IMG/VR virus record: IMGVR_UViG_3300045988_117970 | Source: a virus | Direction: 5' to 3' (one strand) | Length of the DNA stretch: 59,297 bases | In this document: in pieces, positions 54,707-59,297 of the stretch | How positions within the stretch are numbered: position 1 is the first letter of the stretch | Layout: each line of letters opens with the position of its first letter | Position numbers and translations under genes: made by a program | Notes under the pieces: generated by a model | Told to the model about the DNA's origin: nothing | The model's input: the letters and a program-made list of their open reading frames with translations, nothing else | Database searches by the model: none

Positions 54707-54731
54707 AGTTTCATGTTACAATAGTTACAAA

Positions 54732-55133
54732 TCAAAGAGCATTACATGCAATATTCAAAAAATCGCTGATCTTCTGGATAGCAGGCTGTGAAACCACACG
54801 TCCGTTGAGGATTGAAGATACATACTCTCTTCTCATGCCAGTGCTATCCGCAAGCTGATTTGTAGAAATCCCCTGTGACAGCATTGCAATCTTCGCGTTT
54901 TTGCACCATACAGATAGCTCTTTCTTATCACGTTTGGCAACACCCTCTATTCCAAGGTAGTCACTTACTCGCTGGATCATTGGCTGTGAGAAAACTCTGC
55001 CGCTCATAATGCCATACAGATAATTGGTCGCTGTCCCAAGCTCTTCAGCAATTTCTACAATCGTTACGCCTTTTTCTGTAGTTGCAACTTTCGCTCTTTT
55101 TACCCAGTCAGAAAACTCCTTGTTTTCTCCCAC
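54732..55133 (-). CDS. Cro-like / antirepressor protein with two tandem HTH units
   Basis: GTG start at 55133 after AAAGGAGGG. Duplicated motif ...YLYGIMSGRVFSQPMIQRVSDYL / ...YVSSILNGRVVSQPAIQKISDFL. Confidence 0.6.
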   Translation of the reverse strand: MGENKEFSDWVKRAKVATTEKGVTIVEIAEELGTATNYLYGIMSGRVFSQPMIQRVSDYLGIEGVAKRDKKELSVWCKNAKIAMLSQGISTNQLADSTGMRREYVSSILNGRVVSQPAIQKISDFLNIACNAL

Positions 55134-55163
55134 GTTTGTCCCTCCTTTATTCTGGAATTTCAA

Positions 55164-55330
55164 TCTTTACATTTGTAAGTTAAGATTGTAAAATAGTTCT
55201 AAGGTTCGTCCCGGAACCTGTGTTTCTGCTTACGTTCGTGTGCTTGTTAGCATACATTTGTAAGTTATTATGATGATAGCATACGTTTGTAAGTTTGTAA
55301 AGCTCTTTTTATACATTTTTAAGTTATTGG
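55164..55330. promoter_or_regulatory. Immunity-region divergent promoters with four operator sites
   Basis: (T/A)TACA-NN-TGTAA-like sites at 55167-55178, 55252-55263, 55281-55292 and 55311-55322. Leftward TTTACA-17-TAAAGA (55192-55164). Confidence 0.6.
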
Positions 55331-55340
55331 AGTAGATATT

Positions 55341-55691
55341 ATGACGATATGTGAAAGAATGTTCTCCATTATGGAAGAACAAGGAAAAAGACCTGCTGAT
55401 CTTTGCAAACTTCTAAAGATCGGAACCGCACAGACAACCGCATGGAAACAGCGAAACAGCGATCCGCCCGCAAAATACATTATGCAGATTGCTCAGTTTC
55501 TAGGGGTAACGCCAGAATTTTTGCTGACAGGAGAAACTTCGTTCCCGACAACACGTACCAGAGAGAGTGAAATGTTGGCAATGTACCAGCAGCTCCCGCC
55601 AGCCAATCAGGATTTCATCTATGATTCCATCAAGGTGGCGTATGAACGTGAAATGGCAGCCAAGATAAATGAAAGTAAGTTGTCCGGCTGA
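55341..55691 (+). CDS. CI-like repressor (XRE HTH)
   Basis: RPADLCKLLKIGTAQTTAWKQRNSDPPAKYIMQIAQFLGVTPEFLLTGE. Divergent from the cro-like gene. Confidence 0.75.
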   Translation: MTICERMFSIMEEQGKRPADLCKLLKIGTAQTTAWKQRNSDPPAKYIMQIAQFLGVTPEFLLTGETSFPTTRTRESEMLAMYQQLPPANQDFIYDSIKVAYEREMAAKINESKLSG

Positions 55692-55718
55692 GTGATTATT
55701 CCAAGAGGAGGCGTTGAC

Positions 55719-56069
55719 ATGGCTTATTTTGAAAGCAAACAGATAGGCAGATATTCCTTTGGGATCAGTGTGGCTTCACTTGATAAATCTTACGATCCCA
55801 CATACCCTGCTCATGCTGTGCTACCGCTGCAAGCAGCCCACAGCAGCTATATACACAGTATTTATATCTTCTGTGTAAAAGGAAGCTCAGAGTGGCGTTC
55901 TGGTCCTTCAGGAAGTAAGTGGAAATATTATGTGTTGAAATCCTCTTCCATACCGCTTGCCGTTCAAAGGCTTGGGTATATCTCATACGATTGGCTTCTT
56001 ACTTTGAAGCCACGGCAATGCCGCCGAAAAAGATTGGATAAAACAATATTGGAAGTGATGGCCGCTTGA
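55719..56069 (+). CDS. Hypothetical lysogeny-module protein
   Basis: AGAGGAGG RBS before the ATG at 55719; 116 aa, between the repressor and integrase genes. Confidence 0.5.
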   Translation: MAYFESKQIGRYSFGISVASLDKSYDPTYPAHAVLPLQAAHSSYIHSIYIFCVKGSSEWRSGPSGSKWKYYVLKSSSIPLAVQRLGYISYDWLLTLKPRQCRRKRLDKTILEVMAA

Positions 56070-56104
56070 TCTCAGGCGGCTTTCATTTTACGAAAGGAGC
56101 ATTG

Positions 56105-57847
56105 ATGGAATTTTCAAAATTGACAAGAGTAGCGATATACATTCGTGTTTCCACCACTATGCAGGCGGAAAACGGCGAGTCTCTTAACGTGCAACGCACC
56201 CAGCTCACGACCTACGCTCAAATGATGCTGAATGCATCGCCTGAGAATATCGTTATTTTTGAAGATGCCGGGTATTCCGGTAAGAATATGGACAGGCCTA
56301 AATTTCAGGATATGATGTCGCAAATCAGAGCTGGCAAATTTTCTCACCTTCTCGTTTGGAAAATTGATCGTATCTCCCGAAATCTACTGGACTTTTCCAT
56401 GATGTATAAAGAGTTAAAAGAATTGGGTGTTACCTTTGTCAGCAAAAACGAACAGTTTGACACCAGCACAGCTATGGGTGAAGCCATGCTCAAAATTATC
56501 CTTGTGTTTGCAGAACTTGAAAGGAATATGACCTCAGAACGTGTTACCCATACTATGATCGCTATGGCTCAGAGTGGGCGTTGGAACGGCGGGCGTGTTC
56601 CTTTCGGATACACATACCGGACAGAAGGCGAAAAGAAGGAAAAGCAGATTTTTGAGATTGACAAAGGTGAGGCTGCATTGGTACAGGAAATATTTGATCT
56701 CTATGAGCAGGAGCGCAGCATAGTCCGTGAAGCCAAAATTCTGAATGACAGGAACGCAATCTCTCGTTATGGACATGAATGGTCGCCTGTGACCGTTCAT
56801 CTGGTTCTCAGAAATATTTTTTACGTAGGAGATTATCGGTACAATGCTCTTCGTGAAGGTGATCGTTCAAAACCTAAACCTGAAAGTGAATGGATCATAG
56901 TCAAGGATCACCACCCGGCAATCATTTCAAGAGAACAGTTCGCCAGAGTGCAAGCCATTCTAAAAGCAAATAAGCGATACCGAAAAGATATGGCTCCTGC
57001 TTCGTCCCGGGAACGTGTTCATATCTTTGGTGGTCTGCTGTTCTGTGGAAACTGTGGAAAACCATTGAATAACTCTGTATCTAACAAAAAGGCGGACGGC
57101 TGGCAATATTCTAATTACCCTTGCCCTACCCGCCGTAGATCTTCGAATAAATGTACAGGAAAATCTACATCGGATCCGGTGGTCGGTGAGTTCGTATTCA
57201 ACTACATTTTGAATATGCTGAATGCTCAGAAAGGATTTAAAGATATACAGACTCCGGTGCAGCTACAAGACCGGCTGCTCTTCGGTGACGCTTTCCACAA
57301 TGTCATATCCATTGACAGTGACGGCCTGAACAGTTTCTTCAATCTACTTTCCTCTGGAAATATCAGCGGTGCAATTTACGGAAAAGATGTGGCTGTAAGT
57401 AAGCCCAAGACCGCCAAAGTAGATCCAGAACTTGTGCGGCTCCGCAAAGAGAAAAAGCGTCTGGAACGTGCGCTGGATCGTCTGCTCAACACTTATATTA
57501 TGAGCGACCGCCCAATTTCTGAGAATGAATATGTCCGAAAGCGAACAGATCTGGAAACCCTGCTCTCCGACGTCAATGACAAACTTGGCATAGCTCAGTC
57601 TGAAGAAGTGCAAATGGCACTGACTGACAGCGAATTTCTTACTAAGGCTTCTCAGTTCATCATTGGGCAAAAACTTTCCAACCGACTATATATCAATTAT
57701 AAGAATCTCGCCCAGTCTGTAGATCCATCTGTACTAAAGACTTTCGTTGTCAGTGTTATTGATAACATTGTGATCTACAACGGAAAAGTCAAGTCCATTG
57801 TCTTCCGAAATGGTCTTGCTGCAACATTTGAATATTCCAGTATATAA
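56105..57847 (+). CDS. int: Large serine recombinase (integrase)
   Basis: RVAIYIRVSTTMQAENGESL resolvase catalytic motif; recombinase domain; Zn-ribbon CGNCGKPL...C; coiled-coil C-terminus. Confidence 0.9.
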   Translation: MEFSKLTRVAIYIRVSTTMQAENGESLNVQRTQLTTYAQMMLNASPENIVIFEDAGYSGKNMDRPKFQDMMSQIRAGKFSHLLVWKIDRISRNLLDFSMMYKELKELGVTFVSKNEQFDTSTAMGEAMLKIILVFAELERNMTSERVTHTMIAMAQSGRWNGGRVPFGYTYRTEGEKKEKQIFEIDKGEAALVQEIFDLYEQERSIVREAKILNDRNAISRYGHEWSPVTVHLVLRNIFYVGDYRYNALREGDRSKPKPESEWIIVKDHHPAIISREQFARVQAILKANKRYRKDMAPASSRERVHIFGGLLFCGNCGKPLNNSVSNKKADGWQYSNYPCPTRRRSSNKCTGKSTSDPVVGEFVFNYILNMLNAQKGFKDIQTPVQLQDRLLFGDAFHNVISIDSDGLNSFFNLLSSGNISGAIYGKDVAVSKPKTAKVDPELVRLRKEKKRLERALDRLLNTYIMSDRPISENEYVRKRTDLETLLSDVNDKLGIAQSEEVQMALTDSEFLTKASQFIIGQKLSNRLYINYKNLAQSVDPSVLKTFVVSVIDNIVIYNGKVKSIVFRNGLAATFEYSSI

Positions 57848-57851
57848 AAAC

Positions 57852-57884
57852 ACCCGGCAGGCATACACCTGTCGGGTATTTTTT
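57852..57884 (+). terminator. Intrinsic terminator after int
   Basis: ACCCGGCAGG-CATACA-CCTGTCGGGT followed by ATTTTTT. Confidence 0.75.
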
Positions 57885-58036
57885 GTGGCCGACATTTATG
57901 ACGGTCAGTTACATTTGTAAGAATTTGGTCTACAAAATGATCATCGCATCCGGCATGATTCTTTTTACAATCAAAAACTTACTTATATAAGGTAGGTTCT
58001 CGATCAAAAAATATCGGCTCAATGCCGATGCACATT
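57885..58036. other. Probable attP-containing region
   Basis: Non-coding stretch between two terminators next to int. Short inverted repeats (ATGATCAT; ATCGGC-N5-GCCGAT) and an operator-like TTACATTTGTAA at 57909-57920. The core is not identifiable without attB. Confidence 0.35.
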
Positions 58037-58085
58037 AAAATTCCCTGTTGTGTAATGCTATTCTATCACAGCAGGGAATTTTTTC
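58037..58085. terminator. Bidirectional terminator
   Basis: 14-bp stem AATTCCCTGTTGTG / CACAGCAGGGAATT with one mismatch, flanked by A4 and T7. Confidence 0.7.
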
Positions 58086-58091
58086 AATGTT

Positions 58092-58340
58092 TTATTTCAT
58101 TTTTTGCCAGCCCGTATTGCGTATAATTTCATTCCGTATGTTCTGTAACGCACTTATGATTCTCTCAATATCATACAGATCATCAATCACTATAGAACAG
58201 CTTTTAAGTCGTTCTGTTCCACTTCTCTCACGCAGTGCTCGTGCCACATAACACGCATATTCCATTTCGTATCCACAATGTTTGACTTTTAAAATATCTA
58301 CTCTTTCGCCATTTATATTCATTTTTATCTCCTCATTCAC
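58092..58340 (-). CDS. Hypothetical protein
   Basis: 82-aa ORF. Confidence 0.5.
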   Translation of the reverse strand: MNEEIKMNINGERVDILKVKHCGYEMEYACYVARALRERSGTERLKSCSIVIDDLYDIERIISALQNIRNEIIRNTGWQKMK

Positions 58341-58767
58341 AAAACAGATCTATAATTTTGCCTGCCTCTGCTGCTCGCTGATTTCTTATCCTGTTCCATA
58401 CTTCCGTATCTTTTGCGCCCGGCACACTTATCTCTCGCTTCCATTCTTCCCAGTTCGCTGGAACAAATTCTTTCCAGTCTGCTTCTGGAAGTGTTATTGT
58501 CAGATCATCGTGTGCTTTATCGTCAACATTCAGTGGTGGCTTATACTTATTGATAAAATATATCTCATACAGGAACATATCTGCTTCCGTCTGAAACTCT
58601 GCATATTCTATCTTTGTGACATTATGTATGCTGATTGCTCTGTGCATAGGTTTCTGGAACATATGTCCCCTGATCCTTGCTTGAAGCGGCTGCTTTGTTC
58701 TCCCGAGATATGCCATACATTCGCCATACCATATCCGGTACAATATAAAGCCTTTAGGGCTTGCCAT
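58333..58767 (-). CDS. GIY-YIG-like nuclease domain protein (tentative)
   Basis: GFILYRIWYGECMAYLGRT...YEIYFINKYKPPLN. The start at 58767 has a GGAGG RBS. Confidence 0.45.
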   Translation of the reverse strand: MASPKGFILYRIWYGECMAYLGRTKQPLQARIRGHMFQKPMHRAISIHNVTKIEYAEFQTEADMFLYEIYFINKYKPPLNVDDKAHDDLTITLPEADWKEFVPANWEEWKREISVPGAKDTEVWNRIRNQRAAEAGKIIDLFCE

Positions 58768-58771
58768 ATCT

Positions 58772-58981
58772 CTACCTCCACAGCCGATCATAAATCCAAT
58801 CAGCTAAATTCAGCATCAATATTCCCGGTAGCAGCATCATTGTTATCACAAACACGAAAAACGCTGCCATAATAGTTGCCAAGAATTCTCCTTTTCTGGT
58901 CTTTTCGCACCATTCAACACATGGGCACATTTTATCAGGCGCATAGCAAATACCGTCACATTTTTCTTCCTGCTTATCCAT
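58772..58981 (-). CDS. Small Cys-rich membrane protein
   Basis: 69 aa with one TM helix. Confidence 0.5.
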   Translation of the reverse strand: MDKQEEKCDGICYAPDKMCPCVEWCEKTRKGEFLATIMAAFFVFVITMMLLPGILMLNLADWIYDRLWR

Positions 58982-59297
58982 TTTCTTTTTCCTCCTTGTA
59001 GCATTCTGGCAGTGGCATCCAAGCGTTCACATATAAATCGTGCTCAATAAAACTCTCGTCCTCGTCACCGATTCTAAACGTGCCACCGCCATCGCCATCA
59101 ACTGTATATCTTCCGATCATCGGAAGTGAGCAGTTTTTGAATGATACTAAAATAAGCTTATCTGGCTCTGGCAGTCTTTCTGTTACCAGAATCCAATGAT
59201 TTTTTTGCTCTAGCTGTTCTGCCTCGTTTACAATTTCAATCGCTCTGTCGATTGCAACTTTTTCACCCATTTCTCCAGTTTCACATTGTGAAGTATA
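58974..59297 (-). CDS. 3' part of the wrap-around DUF551-like gene (open to the window end)
   Basis: HWILVTERLPEPDK...VNAWMPLPECY. The frame stays open through 59297 and continues at 100-345. Confidence 0.7.
   Translation of the reverse strand, partial: YTSQCETGEMGEKVAIDRAIEIVNEAEQLEQKNHWILVTERLPEPDKLILVSFKNCSLPMIGRYTVDGDGGGTFRIGDEDESFIEHDLYVNAWMPLPECYKEEKENG
59199..59297. repeat. Terminal direct repeat, copy B
   Basis: Identical to 1-99. Confidence 0.95.

Larger units (their letters stand above)
1..59198. mobile_element. Complete circular temperate phage genome with a contractile (PBSX/Xkd-like) tail; unique length 59198 bp
   Basis: Exact 99-bp overlap of the window ends. Contiguous terminase, portal, capsid, sheath, tube, tape-measure, baseplate, fibre and lysis modules, plus replication, repressor and serine integrase genes. 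AGGAGG-type RBSs suggest a Firmicutes host. Confidence 0.85.

Noticed and set aside
1-59297. Genome-wide stop-codon reassignment (TGA=Trp or TAA readthrough), suggested by the in-frame stops at 10305 and 12884
   Set aside because: Dozens of genes end cleanly at TGA, TAA or TAG with ATGA or TAATG overlaps to the next start, and ORF boundaries tile well under the standard code. Only isolated in-frame stops are seen, and they are in early genes.

Overview
The window is a complete, circularly closed temperate phage genome. The first 99 bp are identical to the last 99 bp, so the unique length is 59198 bp. About 95% of genes are on the minus strand. Order in window coordinates: early and accessory small genes (1-14.4 kb: ssb, PAPS-reductase-like, DUF551-like, Lar-like and others); a plus-strand accessory cassette (14.5-16.4 kb); lysis genes (16.5-19.6 kb); a PBSX/Xkd-like contractile-tail and baseplate module (19.6-37 kb); the head module (37-46 kb: capsid, protease/scaffold, portal, TerL, TerS); ParB-like/methyltransferase-like genes and a late regulator (46.4-49.3 kb); replication and recombination genes (49.3-53.6 kb: RusA, DnaC-like, DnaD-like, ERF); and an immunity/lysogeny switch with a CI-like repressor and a large serine integrase (54.2-57.9 kb). 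The strongest finding is a diversity-generating retroelement (DGR). A roughly 114-bp template repeat (21903-22016) and a variable repeat (22155-22268) lie at the 3' end of the tail-fibre gene. Their mismatches fall almost only at template adenines. A YMDD reverse transcriptase follows, and no Avd gene is recognisable next to it. Other leads: a promoter-bearing plus-strand cassette (HTH protein, lipoprotein with a C10 tract, PD-(D/E)xK nuclease-like protein) bounded by duplicated Asp-Thr-repeat-coding segments; three near-identical early promoter/operator cassettes sharing a 12-bp inverted-repeat operator with the immunity region; a roughly 300-bp structured non-coding leader that ends in a terminator in front of the ParB-like genes; two ORFs interrupted by an in-frame stop and one frameshifted gene; and long G:C homopolymers. 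All family names come from motif recognition by eye, since no database search was possible.
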